Shown in pieces: positions 39,590 to 50,556 of a DNA stretch of 64,000 nt. A program made the translations under genes and the position numbers. This DNA is from an uncultured bacterium (GTDB taxonomy: Bacteria > Omnitrophota > Gorgyraeia > Zapsychrales > Aceulaceae): positions 11,764-75,763 of the forward strand of contig CALGLP010000013.1 of the NCBI GenBank assembly GCA_937930175.1, written 5' to 3'. Numbering within the stretch: position 1 is the stretch's first letter; each line of letters starts with the position of its first letter. The notes below the pieces were generated by a model, which saw only the letters and a program-made list of their open reading frames with translations, did not search any database and was not told the DNA's origin.

Positions 39590-39947
39590 CTGTTTTCCGC
39601 AATTTTTTAGGCCTTCGCGTACCTTATAACTGAATCGTCATTTCTTTGATAAAAGAAAGCAAAAGGATTTTTTCGCAAGAAAAGGGCAGTTTGCTGGTAT
39701 GTAAAATAGCTGATAAAGTTATTGAAAAATACCATGCCAAAATTATACTGATAAAGGATGTCTGCGCGTAGGCATTCGACAAGAAAGTTGTTTTAAGGAT
39801 AAAGAAAAGAGTTTCTTTTTATCGACGAGACATCACTCTCCTTGATGGATATCATTGGTGAAAAGTCATCTGGGGTGTGTTGCCTGGTCGTTGGAGACGG
39901 TTGTGTAGCGGCGGTTAAGATGTTGTGAAGAGAAGAGGAGTATTGTG

Positions 39948-41048
39948 ATGAACGTTCCATTTGTTGACCTTTTTCCTCAATACCAAGAGACAAAAAAAGA
40001 GATTGCGCTTGGGCTTCGGGATGTTTTTAAAAAAGCTAATTTTATCCTCGGGCAGCCCGTCAAGGATTTTGAAACAACGTTTTCTCAGTATTGTGACGCG
40101 ACCTATGGTGTTGGGGTCAATTCGGGCACGGATGCGCTTCATTTAGCCTTGCGTGCACTCGGTATTCAAGAAGGCGATGAGGTGATCGTCCCCGCCTATA
40201 CCTTTATCGCGACAGCCTTGGCGGTGAGCTATACAGGCGCAAAGGTTGTCTTTGTGGATATTCAAGACGACATTTATAATATGGATCCCAAGGCCTTAAA
40301 GCGCGCGATTACCTCAAAGACCAAGGCGGTGATCGTTGTTCATCTTTATGGCCAGGCCGCGAACCTGGAAGAGATTATGGCGATCGCCCAAGAAAAGAAT
40401 ATTGCGGTCATTGAGGATTGTGCGCAAGCCCATGGCGCAACATATCGAGGTCAAAAGGTCGGTTCGTTTGGTTTGGCCGGATGCTTTAGTTTTTATCCCA
40501 CCAAGGGGCTTGGGGCTTTTGGTGACGGGGGAATGGTTGTTACCCGCGATGAAGTTTTCTACAAGAAAGTCGTGATGTTGCGAGACTATGGGCGCAGGGA
40601 TCGTTACGAGCACGTGATCAAAGGATACAATTCCCGCTTGGATACCTTGCAGGCCGTTATTTTGTCCGCTAAATTAAAGCGATTTGATCATTGGAATAAA
40701 AGGAGGCAAAAGGTTGCCAAACAATATATTAAGCTTCTTCGTAAGATCGATGGCATTGTGACTCCCATCACGCGTTGTGAGCGGACGCATGTGTATCAAA
40801 CCTTTACGATCCGGGTAAAAAAGCGCGATGAAATTTGTCAAAAGATGCAAAGCCAGGGCATCGGTGTTCTTATCCACTATCCTATCCCGCTTCATCTGCA
40901 GAAAGCGTATGCGGAGCTTGGATACAAAAAAGGAGATTTTCCTGTTGCAGAGCAGGTGGCTCAAGAGATTTTATCGATCCCGATGTTCCCTCACATGACA
41001 GGCAAGCAAATTGAATATGTATGCAAAACTTTAAAGGAGCTTGTCTAG
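39948..41048 (+). CDS. DegT/DnrJ/EryC1/StrS-family sugar aminotransferase (PLP-dependent)
   Basis: Typical family N-terminus and conserved regions (NSGTDALHLAL, GDGGMVVT, YNSRLDTLQAVIL). RBS AGAGGAG. Preceded by a 355-nt intergenic region with TTGAAA-N16-TATACT. Confidence 0.85.
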   Translation: MNVPFVDLFPQYQETKKEIALGLRDVFKKANFILGQPVKDFETTFSQYCDATYGVGVNSGTDALHLALRALGIQEGDEVIVPAYTFIATALAVSYTGAKVVFVDIQDDIYNMDPKALKRAITSKTKAVIVVHLYGQAANLEEIMAIAQEKNIAVIEDCAQAHGATYRGQKVGSFGLAGCFSFYPTKGLGAFGDGGMVVTRDEVFYKKVVMLRDYGRRDRYEHVIKGYNSRLDTLQAVILSAKLKRFDHWNKRRQKVAKQYIKLLRKIDGIVTPITRCERTHVYQTFTIRVKKRDEICQKMQSQGIGVLIHYPIPLHLQKAYAELGYKKGDFPVAEQVAQEILSIPMFPHMTGKQIEYVCKTLKELV

Positions 41049-41066
41049 AATGAAAGCCCAAATAAC

Positions 41067-41666
41067 ATGAAAATTGTTTTCTTTGATCGCGATGGTGTGA
41101 TTAATAAGTTTCCAGGCTTTGGTAATTATGTGACCAAGGTCAAAGAGTTTCAATTCTTGCCTGGGGCTATTCCTTCTATCGTTGAATTGACTCACCGTGG
41201 ATATTCTATTTTTGTTATTTCCAATCAAGCGGGTATTGGGAAGGGACTGTATTCACGTGAGAAACTTAAGGCGATCAATGATTACATGCTGCGTCATGTG
41301 CGTAAGGCCAAGGGGAGGATTCGCAGGACCTTCTATTGCACCCATCGCTCTGATGCTGGGTGCGATTGCCGCAAACCAAACATTGGTTCTGTCCGTCGCG
41401 CGATGAAGATCATGAAGACGCCGTTGGCCAAGGCGCGCTATGCCTATTTTGTCGGGGATGATCGTACGGACATTGAAGCGGGGCATAATGCTAAATGTAA
41501 AACAATCCTAGTCTTGTCAGGGAAGAACAAGAAAAAGGATATTAAAGGTTGGAAGATCCAGCCTGATTTTATCGCTAAAAATATTTCTGCGGCAACCAAA
41601 ATTATTATTCATGAAAATTCTCATCATCCACGCAACAGCCGGCGCCGGACACAGCAAGGCCGCTGA
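41067..41666 (+). CDS. gmhB: D,D-heptose 1,7-bisphosphate phosphatase-like HAD-IIIA phosphatase
   Basis: KIVFFDRDGVIN, VISNQAGIGKG, CDCRKP (GmhB zinc motif), GDDRTD. Confidence 0.75.
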   Translation: MKIVFFDRDGVINKFPGFGNYVTKVKEFQFLPGAIPSIVELTHRGYSIFVISNQAGIGKGLYSREKLKAINDYMLRHVRKAKGRIRRTFYCTHRSDAGCDCRKPNIGSVRRAMKIMKTPLAKARYAYFVGDDRTDIEAGHNAKCKTILVLSGKNKKKDIKGWKIQPDFIAKNISAATKIIIHENSHHPRNSRRRTQQGR

Positions 41667-42696
41667 GGCCATTTTTAACGGCATTAAAAAGCACACCACC
41701 CACGATGTGCGCTGTCTTGATATTCTCGATTACACAAGCCCTTTTTATAAAAATTTTTATCCCAAGATTTATGCGCTTTTGATTTCACGTTTTTCTTGGG
41801 CCTGGGGATTCTTTTTCTGGGTCGCGGATCTTCCATGTTTGTTGCCGCTCGTTCAGCGGGTGCGTCGTTTGTTTAATGGGCAGAGTGCCAAGGCTTTTCA
41901 TCAATTCCTCGAGCAAGAAAATGCCGATTATATTTTTACGACCCATTTTTTCTCTAATGAAGTTGCCTCAGCCCTCAAAGAGCAAAAAAAGATCACGTCA
42001 AAGCTTGTTTGCGTAGTAACGGACTATGATGTCCACAGTATTTGGCTTGCCAAGAACGTGGATTATTATGCGGTTGCCTGTGATTATACCAAGGATAAGC
42101 TTAAAAGTTTTGGCGTGATGGAAGAAAAAATAAAAGTGACGGGGATCCCAACGGATGAAAAGTTTTCAGCCTTACAGGATCGCAAAGGTCTTCGTACGCG
42201 ACTTGACCTTGATCCATCGATGTTTACGGTTTTGATTGCTACGGGTTCTTTTGGCATGGGTCCGATCGAAGAAATCCTCGGCTATCTGCAGGGTATTCAA
42301 ACGGTTGTGATTTGTGGCCGCAATCAAAAGCTTGCCGATAAGATTTCGGCGAAGAAGGGAAGCCATGTTAAGGCGTGTGGTTTTGTGAATAATATGCAAG
42401 ATTACATGATGGCCGCCGATGTCTTGATCACCAAACCTGGCGGGTTGTCGATCTCTGAAGCCCTCGTCGTTGGATTGCCGCTTATTTTCTTTAGCGCTAT
42501 TCCAGGTCAAGAAACAAATAACGTAAAAGTCCTGAAAACCTTTGGTGTTGGGATCAGTGGCTTGAAAACATTTGAAATTGCCCAGGAGATCAAAACGTTA
42601 AGCGCGTCGCAAGAATACCTTCAGGCAGCAAAAGAGAAGGTAAAGAAAATAGCCCGTCCCCATTCTGTTTGTGATATTATCAAGCTAATCGTTTAA
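41611..42696 (+). CDS. Glycosyltransferase family 28 (MGDG synthase/UgtP-like)
   Basis: MKILIIHATAGAGHSKAAEAI N-terminus and a C-terminal GT-B nucleotide-sugar binding half. Confidence 0.7.
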   Translation: MKILIIHATAGAGHSKAAEAIFNGIKKHTTHDVRCLDILDYTSPFYKNFYPKIYALLISRFSWAWGFFFWVADLPCLLPLVQRVRRLFNGQSAKAFHQFLEQENADYIFTTHFFSNEVASALKEQKKITSKLVCVVTDYDVHSIWLAKNVDYYAVACDYTKDKLKSFGVMEEKIKVTGIPTDEKFSALQDRKGLRTRLDLDPSMFTVLIATGSFGMGPIEEILGYLQGIQTVVICGRNQKLADKISAKKGSHVKACGFVNNMQDYMMAADVLITKPGGLSISEALVVGLPLIFFSAIPGQETNNVKVLKTFGVGISGLKTFEIAQEIKTLSASQEYLQAAKEKVKKIARPHSVCDIIKLIV

Positions 42697-42720
42697 TCAT
42701 CGAATCTCGTCTTTCATCCT

Positions 42721-44574
42721 ATGAATAATAAAATTGCTCAGGTTGTCGTTGATCTTCCTGTGGAAGGTCCTTTTGATTATGAAATTCCCTCATCCTTGGC
42801 CTCTGGCGTTGCCCTGGGACACAGGGTCCTTGTTTCTTTTCAGACAAAAACACTCATTGGTTATGTTGTTGGCTTGAAAGCAACAAGCGCTTTTAAGCGT
42901 CTTAAGCCCATCCTTGAAGTCTTGGACAAAAACCCTGCTTTGTCTTCTTCGATGCTTGATCTTGCGAGAGATTTTGCGCACGATTATTGTTGTTCACTCG
43001 GTCAAGCCATTGCGACTTTTTTGCCAGCCTATTTTAAGAAAACAAAAAAAGCTGTAGAGTTTTCTATAAACGACGAGCGTTGCGAGAACAAGCGTCAGAA
43101 CCAAATAGTGGTTGTGCAGGACGCTTTGTTTAAATATTTTTGGCCTCTTGTCGTCGAGCGTATGCACAAAGCGATCGCGGACAACGCAGATGTGATTGTC
43201 CTTGTTCCGGAAAATGATCGCATCGCTTGGGTTGTTGAGCAGCTTAAGAGCGCTGGCCTTGATCAGCCTGTAGCCATTCTTGATAAACAGCTTAAAGAGA
43301 AGGACCAAATCGCAGATTGGGTTCTTGTTAAAGAGGGAAAGGTAAAGATTGTTATTGGAACGCGTTCTGCTATTTTTGCTCCAGTGGTTTCGTTAGGACT
43401 GATCGTTGTTTTGGATGAGAATAATTTTTCCTATAAACAAGACCAGTCTCCTTTTTATCATGCACGGCAAGTCGCGTTGATGCGCGCCAAGCAGAACAAT
43501 GCGGATCTGCTTTTTGTCGTGCGCTCGTTAAGTCTTGAGCTGTATTATTTCTTACAGAAAAAGAAGGCTCAGCTTTTTAGCATTCCTCTGCGTGATCAGG
43601 TGTGCCTGAGTCAGGTGATCGATATGACGAACTATAAGTATGGAAAAAGTCAGCTTATTTCGATCCCTTTGTCCCATGCAATAGAAAAAGTCTTGTCTGC
43701 GCAGGGAAAAATTCTCTTGGTGATGAATAAAAAAGGATTTGGAAGTTTTGGTGTGTGTGCCAAATGTCAGCACATTCTTAAATGTCCTCGCTGCGACGTC
43801 CCGTTGACATTTCTATTTGAAACCAAGGAAGTGGTCTGTCGCTATTGCAATCATCGCGCCCCTTATCCGACGGCATGCCCGCAATGTCACGGCGCCTATC
43901 TTCATTTTTCAGGTATGGGCATTGAAAAGCTTGAAAGCGAGATTGCACGCCGCTTTCCATCGGCCCGCGTGCAGTGTTATGCCAAGGAAAGTGAAACATC
44001 CCCTAAGGATTTTGATATTTTGATTGCTACGCAGGCGGTTGTCCGTCTTGACGCGCAGTTATGCTTTGATTTGACATGCGTTGTTCAAGTTGATTCCGAG
44101 CTTAATCGTCTAGATTTTCAAGCAGGCGAGAGCGCCTTTTCTTTGCTGACTCATCTGCAGGCCATGACGAAAGAAAAGCTTTTGATGCAGACGCATCTAA
44201 GGGATAACTATTGCCTCAAGGCAGTGACGCAGCAGAATCCAACGTTATTTTATAAGAAAGAGCTTGCACTTCGCCGAGAACTTCAATTCCCCCCGTTTAC
44301 GCATATCGTGGAAATTGTCGTGCGTTCTACGGACCAACCATCCGCTCTGGGTCAGGCAGAGTTTCTTTTTACAACTCTGAACGAGAAAAAAATCAAGGGT
44401 ATTGAAATTTTGCCTGTGCAAACTCTTGCGCTTGCGCGATTGCGTGATCAATATCGTTTTGTTATAGTAGTTAAAGGGAAGTCACGCAAGGCCTTGGTAG
44501 GGCTTATTCGTCAAGCCTTAGCCATGATCCCACGAGGAAGCAAAACCATGACGACTGTTAATGTGAGCCCGTAG
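42721..44574 (+). CDS. priA: Primosomal protein N' (PriA) homologue lacking the helicase ATPase motifs
   Basis: N-terminal 3'BD, Cys-rich zinc region (CAKCQ...CPRCD...CRYCN...CPQCHG), and C-terminal domain are all PriA-like. Walker A is absent, DEEH is replaced by DENN, and motif VI Arg residues are absent. Confidence 0.8.
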   Translation: MNNKIAQVVVDLPVEGPFDYEIPSSLASGVALGHRVLVSFQTKTLIGYVVGLKATSAFKRLKPILEVLDKNPALSSSMLDLARDFAHDYCCSLGQAIATFLPAYFKKTKKAVEFSINDERCENKRQNQIVVVQDALFKYFWPLVVERMHKAIADNADVIVLVPENDRIAWVVEQLKSAGLDQPVAILDKQLKEKDQIADWVLVKEGKVKIVIGTRSAIFAPVVSLGLIVVLDENNFSYKQDQSPFYHARQVALMRAKQNNADLLFVVRSLSLELYYFLQKKKAQLFSIPLRDQVCLSQVIDMTNYKYGKSQLISIPLSHAIEKVLSAQGKILLVMNKKGFGSFGVCAKCQHILKCPRCDVPLTFLFETKEVVCRYCNHRAPYPTACPQCHGAYLHFSGMGIEKLESEIARRFPSARVQCYAKESETSPKDFDILIATQAVVRLDAQLCFDLTCVVQVDSELNRLDFQAGESAFSLLTHLQAMTKEKLLMQTHLRDNYCLKAVTQQNPTLFYKKELALRRELQFPPFTHIVEIVVRSTDQPSALGQAEFLFTTLNEKKIKGIEILPVQTLALARLRDQYRFVIVVKGKSRKALVGLIRQALAMIPRGSKTMTTVNVSP

Positions 44575-44580
44575 GACGCT

Positions 44581-45513
44581 ATGAAGATTGTTTTTTTTGG
44601 AAGCGATGATTTGGCCAAAGAAAATCTTGAGGCGCTGATCGCCTCAGGGCAAAGGGTTGTGGCTTGCGTGACACAACCTGATCGTCCTAAAGGAAGAACA
44701 CTTCAGTTGTCGTCGCCTCTTCCCAAGGAGTTTGCGCTTAAAAATAATATTGAGGTTTTTCAGCCCCTAGATTTAAAGGATAAGGTTTTTTTAGAAAGAT
44801 TGCGGTCTTTTGAAGCCGACCTTTTTGTGGTGATCGCCTACGGCCGTATATTGACAGACGAGCTTCTTGCCATTCCCAAGATTTTTTCTATAAATCTGCA
44901 TACATCACTTCTTCCTCAATATCGTGGCGCAGCACCTATCCAATGGGCTATCTTGAACGGGGAGGTGCAAACAGGTGTCTCTATTATCAAAATGAATGCG
45001 CAGCTTGATGAAGGGGATGTGATCGCGCAGAAAATAATGACGATCGATCGCGAAGAAAATGCTGTCAGTCTTAAGGAAAAGATGAAAAATCAAAGTCCGC
45101 CGTTTCTTCTGGATACGATCCAAAATATTGAACGTGGGGAATTTTGTTTCATGAAACAAGATCATGATAAGGCAACCTTTGCGCCTAAGCTCACCAAGGA
45201 GATGGGGCGGATCGATTGGACAAAGGAGGCGCATGTGATTCATAATTGTATCCGCGGCCTTGTTCCTTGGCCTAACGCTTATACGTATGTCGAAAGCAAG
45301 ATGCTTAAAATTTTGCAGGCAAGTGTTGTTGAGATGGAGCAGCTTGGAGGAGTTCCTGGAGAGATTTTAGCGATCCTTAAAGATGGTTTTATTGTGCGCG
45401 CAGGGCGCGGGGCGCTTCTTATTAAGAAAGTCCATCTCGAATCGTCTCGCTTGATGGATGCCAAAAGTTTTATTTCTGGATACAAGATGAAGGTTGGGTT
45501 TCGCTTTCGGTAA
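44581..45513 (+). CDS. fmt: Methionyl-tRNA formyltransferase
   Basis: MKIVFFGS...INLHTSLLPQYRGAAPIQWAILNGE, C-terminal Fmt domain. Confidence 0.9.
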   Translation: MKIVFFGSDDLAKENLEALIASGQRVVACVTQPDRPKGRTLQLSSPLPKEFALKNNIEVFQPLDLKDKVFLERLRSFEADLFVVIAYGRILTDELLAIPKIFSINLHTSLLPQYRGAAPIQWAILNGEVQTGVSIIKMNAQLDEGDVIAQKIMTIDREENAVSLKEKMKNQSPPFLLDTIQNIERGEFCFMKQDHDKATFAPKLTKEMGRIDWTKEAHVIHNCIRGLVPWPNAYTYVESKMLKILQASVVEMEQLGGVPGEILAILKDGFIVRAGRGALLIKKVHLESSRLMDAKSFISGYKMKVGFRFR

Positions 45514-45592
45514 AGTAACTAAAAACTTTCAAGAAACAGTTTCCTCTGAACATCCTTTGATGTTATAATCTCATCCACAAGCAGGAAAACGT

Positions 45593-46633
45593 ATGCAAGA
45601 ACTCCGTAAAGATCCTATCATTGGTCGTTGGGTGATCATGGCCACAGGCAGAGCCAGAAGGCCTGGCACTTTTATTGCTTCTGATAAAAGTAGCGTCGAT
45701 CTCAAGTCTGTTAAAAAATGTCAATTTTGTGAAGAGCATGAAAAAGAAACGCCTAAAGAGATCTTTGCGATCCGCAAGGGTGCGTCTAAGGCCAATACCC
45801 CAGGCTGGCAGATTCGCGTTGTCGCGGATAAGACCCCTATTTTTGAAGCCGATGTGAAGCTAAGCCCGAAAATGAACGGACTTTATGAAGTTTTGCAGAC
45901 GCGAGGGGCCCATGAGATCGTTGATGAAACGCCAGAACATATCGCGAATATGGCGGATTTGGATGTTAAACAAATCAAGCAGGTGATTGAGGTTTATGCC
46001 GAGCGTATTCGTGATTTAGAAAAAGATGCAAGTCTTTGTTACGCATTAGCCCATAAAAATTATAATTGGTCGCGCGATAATCAAAATATTCCGCATGCTC
46101 ATTCGCAAATCATTGCGACCCCTGTCATCCCGATGAGAATTCGTGAGGAGCTCAAGGGTGCTCAAAAGTATTATGATTATCACGAGCGGTGTATTTTCTG
46201 TGACTTGATCAAACAAGAACTCAATGATCGCAGCCGTGTTGTAGTGGAAAGTGATCATTTCTTAGTGATCGTGCCGTTTGCGTCACGCTTTCCTTTTGAG
46301 ATGTGGATTTTGCCTAAAAAACATCATGCTCATTTTTGGAAAGGTGTTGTTGGCCAAGAGCAAGATTTAGCTAAGATCTTAAAAGAAGCTTTGCTGAGAC
46401 TGAAGTTGGGAGTTTCAGATCCCGCGTATCATTATGTGATCCATACGGCACCTTTTATCCGGAAAACGGGTGAGAGAATTGGTTTTACCCGTATTGAGGA
46501 AGATTATCATTGGCACATCGAGATCATTCCTCGCCTCACACACACGGCCGGATTTGAAAAAGGAACGGGTTTTTATATTTGTCCTATTCCGCCAGAAGAG
46601 GCGGCTGGTTATTTAAGAGGAGTGGAAATTTAA
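45593..46633 (+). CDS. galT: Galactose-1-phosphate uridylyltransferase-like (HIT-family class I GalT)
   Basis: Zn-binding CxxC...H region, active site HAHSQIIATP (HxHxQ), two half-domains. Confidence 0.75.
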   Translation: MQELRKDPIIGRWVIMATGRARRPGTFIASDKSSVDLKSVKKCQFCEEHEKETPKEIFAIRKGASKANTPGWQIRVVADKTPIFEADVKLSPKMNGLYEVLQTRGAHEIVDETPEHIANMADLDVKQIKQVIEVYAERIRDLEKDASLCYALAHKNYNWSRDNQNIPHAHSQIIATPVIPMRIREELKGAQKYYDYHERCIFCDLIKQELNDRSRVVVESDHFLVIVPFASRFPFEMWILPKKHHAHFWKGVVGQEQDLAKILKEALLRLKLGVSDPAYHYVIHTAPFIRKTGERIGFTRIEEDYHWHIEIIPRLTHTAGFEKGTGFYICPIPPEEAAGYLRGVEI

Positions 46634-47631
46634 TGGGAGAACTTCGCAGGGATCCTGTTGTTGGCCGCTGGGTCATTGTGAACACGCAAAATTCTTTGAA
46701 GCCAGAGGCCTATGAAAAAGAACAAAGAACCTTTCATCAAAAGGAAGTTTGTCCTTTTTGCCCTGGACGTGAAGGGCGAACCCCGCCGGAAATACAGGCT
46801 GTTCGACTTGACGGAAGCTATCCCAACACCTCCGGCTGGAGCGTGCGTGTTGTGCCTAATCGTTTTCCTGCCCTTGATGTTCGCGGTGAGATCGAGCGTA
46901 AAGCCATTGGGCTTTATGATATGTGCAATGGGATTGGCGCGCATGAAATTATTATTGAAACACCCGACCATCTTAAAGATTTTCCTGAACTCAATGAGCA
47001 CGAAATGTTTCATGTGGTGAACACCTATTGTAGTCGTGCTAGTGATTTAGCGCGCGACAAGCGCTTTGAATATGTGCTGATTTTCAAGAATTATGGCGCT
47101 GATGCAGGGGCAAGTCTTGAGCATGTGCATAGTCAGATCATCGCGCTTCCGATGATCCCGAAGGCTGTCGCGGAATCGATTGAAGGATCGCGGACTTATT
47201 ATGAGCGCGAAAAGCGTTGTGTTTATTGTGACATGATGGCTCAGGAAAAAAAGGACCAGTCTCGGATCATTGCTGAAAATGATGATTTCATGTGTTTTGC
47301 GTCTTTTACGTCGCGATTTTCATTTGAATCTTGGATCATGCCGAAATATCATCAGGCTAATTTTGCGGAGATGAATGATGGCCAAAAGCATAATTTAGGG
47401 AGAATGCTTAAGGATATTTTACGGCGCAATAAGGCGTGCTTAGGCGATCCGTCCTATAATTTTTTTATTCATACGTCGCCGACGAAGTATAAGCATATGG
47501 AAAGTTATCATTGGCATATTGAGATTATTCCTAAGCTTACCAATATGGCTGGTTTTGAGTGGGGTACGGGTTTTTATGTTGTGACCACAGACCCTGCAGA
47601 TGCGGCCAAATATTTAAGACAAGTCGTTTAG
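46633..47631 (+). CDS. Second GalT-like uridylyltransferase paralogue (tandem)
   Basis: Same architecture with HVHSQIIALP. Start overlaps the upstream stop (TAATG). Clearly diverged (about 40-45% identity by eye). Confidence 0.75.
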   Translation: MGELRRDPVVGRWVIVNTQNSLKPEAYEKEQRTFHQKEVCPFCPGREGRTPPEIQAVRLDGSYPNTSGWSVRVVPNRFPALDVRGEIERKAIGLYDMCNGIGAHEIIIETPDHLKDFPELNEHEMFHVVNTYCSRASDLARDKRFEYVLIFKNYGADAGASLEHVHSQIIALPMIPKAVAESIEGSRTYYEREKRCVYCDMMAQEKKDQSRIIAENDDFMCFASFTSRFSFESWIMPKYHQANFAEMNDGQKHNLGRMLKDILRRNKACLGDPSYNFFIHTSPTKYKHMESYHWHIEIIPKLTNMAGFEWGTGFYVVTTDPADAAKYLRQVV

Positions 47632-47673
47632 TCTCGCCTTTTGTTTTTCTGTTGATTCCTTTTGATAAGCGCT

Positions 47674-47701
47674 TGACTTAACATAAACATTGATTATAAT
47701 A
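47674..47701 (+). promoter_or_regulatory. Sigma70 promoter TTGACT-N16-TATAAT upstream of gap, followed by a structured 110-nt leader
   Basis: Near-consensus hexamers read directly. Confidence 0.45.
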
Positions 47702-47753
47702 ATTTTCTTGGAAGAGGGATCTTAATAACATTATCCCGGTTCGTTCCTTTTAA

Positions 47754-48815
<1,062 letters not shown>

Positions 48816-48855
48816 TATGGCTTGTTGAAGGAATGAAGAATAAGTCATGAAGAAG

Positions 48856-48888
48856 GGGCGCGATCGCATGCGATCGCGCCCTTTTTTT
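48856..48888 (+). terminator. Rho-independent terminator after gap (GGGCGCGATCG-CATG-CGATCGCGCCC plus T7)
   Basis: 11-bp GC stem followed by TTTTTTT. Confidence 0.8.
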
Positions 48889-48943
48889 CTTATCATTTTG
48901 ATGTTTTGCATTGAAGAAATAAGATATAATATCTTTTAGCCAG

Positions 48944-49618
48944 ATGAGGAAACTTTTTATGCCTATGATCAAGTTGTTTAAAAATCAAGTCAACACGCTA
49001 CTTTTTGCCCTTCTCTCTCTTTTTTTCTTAGCGCCGGCCTTAGAAGATAGCCGGTTTGTTCTCCTGACTTCTCCTTTTGCCATGCTGGTTGTTGCTATCT
49101 TGTCGCTTCGGGTTATTTCTTTACGCCCAAAAGATTTCTGGACGATGATTCTTTTCGTTGCCCTTGGTTTTGGTTTAGACTTGATCCTGACTTTCACGAC
49201 AGAGCCTATTCTTGAAGGGGTATTGACGATCGCTGTGCGTATGATCTACATTTCGACCCTGGCCCTTGCAGTTGTTTTGTTAATCAAAAGGCTATTGACT
49301 GCAACTACGGATAATCCTGTTGTTTCTTTTAAGCTTGGCCTATGCGGATACTTGTTGATCGGGGTTTTGTGGTCTGTTGTCTATGCACTTATTTATTGGC
49401 TGGATCGCGGAGCCTTATCGGCGCGGGAATCTGCTCAAATACCATTTTTTTATTTTAGCTATGCGGTGCTCACGGGTTTAAAGTTTTCTACGGTTTTTCC
49501 TCTTACGTTATGGTCTATTACCGTATGCTTTCTCGAAACGATTATCGGAAAGGTTTTTCTCGTCGTCTTTGTCGCCCGCATGGCGGTTTCATTTATTAGG
49601 CAGCAGATGTATTCTTAA
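48944..49618 (+). CDS. Polytopic membrane protein, possibly ion-channel-like with a non-canonical pore segment
   Basis: About 6 hydrophobic helices. [20 protein letters not shown] loosely resembles the K+-channel pore helix/filter (LYFSFVTLTTVGYGDIVP) but lacks GYG. Confidence 0.35.
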   Translation: MRKLFMPMIKLFKNQVNTLLFALLSLFFLAPALEDSRFVLLTSPFAMLVVAILSLRVISLRPKDFWTMILFVALGFGLDLILTFTTEPILEGVLTIAVRMIYISTLALAVVLLIKRLLTATTDNPVVSFKLGLCGYLLIGVLWSVVYALIYWLDRGALSARESAQIPFFYFSYAVLTGLKFSTVFPLTLWSITVCFLETIIGKVFLVVFVARMAVSFIRQQMYS

Positions 49619-49628
49619 GGATATCCTC

Positions 49629-50381
49629 ATGACCCCTGTGTTAAAACTCGTTTTATTAAGACATGGCGAAAGTATATGGAATAAGGAAAACCGCTTTACA
49701 GGTTGGACCGATGTTGATTTATCTCCCCGGGGTGTTGATGAGGCGCATGCTGCTGGAAGAGCATTAAAGAAACAAGGTTTTATTTTTGATATTGCTTTGA
49801 CGTCCGTTTTGCTGAGAGCTACACGTACTCTTAACATTGTCCTTGAAGAGCTTAACCAGGTGAACATTTTGACTTACAAATCGTGGCGTCTTAATGAGCG
49901 TCATTATGGCGCTTTACAAGGACTTAATAAATCCGAAACAGCTGCAAAATATGGCGAAGCCCAGGTTCAGATTTGGCGTCGTAGCTATGATACTTGTCCA
50001 CCTGCGTTGACTAAGGAGGATGATCGCTATCCTGGGAAAGACTTAAAGTACAAAGACTTAAAAGAGTACGAATTTCCTTTATGTGAAAGTTTAAAAAATA
50101 CGGTTGATCGGTTTCTTCCGTATTGGCAGGATGTGATCGTTCCATTGCTTAAAAGCGGGAAAAGAGCTTTGATCGTTGCTCATGGCAATAGTCTTAGAGC
50201 TTTAGTTAAGCATCTTGATCACGTTTCTGATGAAGACATTTCTAAACTTGATATTCCCACCGGTATCCCGCTTGTTTATGAGCTTGATCAGGATCTTAAG
50301 GCCTTAACGCATTATTATCTTGGAGATCCTCAGGCGATCGAAGAGGCTAGGCAAAAGGTTGCGCGTCAAGGTAAGGCCTAA
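49629..50381 (+). CDS. gpmA: 2,3-bisphosphoglycerate-dependent phosphoglycerate mutase
   Basis: [26 protein letters not shown]; histidine phosphatase fold. Confidence 0.9.
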   Translation: MTPVLKLVLLRHGESIWNKENRFTGWTDVDLSPRGVDEAHAAGRALKKQGFIFDIALTSVLLRATRTLNIVLEELNQVNILTYKSWRLNERHYGALQGLNKSETAAKYGEAQVQIWRRSYDTCPPALTKEDDRYPGKDLKYKDLKEYEFPLCESLKNTVDRFLPYWQDVIVPLLKSGKRALIVAHGNSLRALVKHLDHVSDEDISKLDIPTGIPLVYELDQDLKALTHYYLGDPQAIEEARQKVARQGKA

Positions 50382-50556
50382 AGAAGTCTTCTGCAAATTA
50401 GCGGCCATTTCAAGAGTTTAATTCCTTGTTAATCAATAGGTTATAGTTTTTTTATCAAATATTCGGCCGAAATTTGGCCTTAAGATTATTATTGATATAT
50501 AAAATGAATATTTGTATAATATAACCCTTGATCAACGGATAAGCAAAGGAGGACTT

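Noticed and set aside
39590-39944. 355-nt intergenic gap inside the sugar locus, considered as a possible ncRNA/riboswitch or a 66-aa minus-strand ORF (39793-39993)
   Set aside because: A plausible TTGAAA-N16-TATACT promoter and a long UTR for the aminotransferase explain it. No recognisable riboswitch motif was seen. The minus ORF overlaps the aminotransferase start and lacks an RBS.
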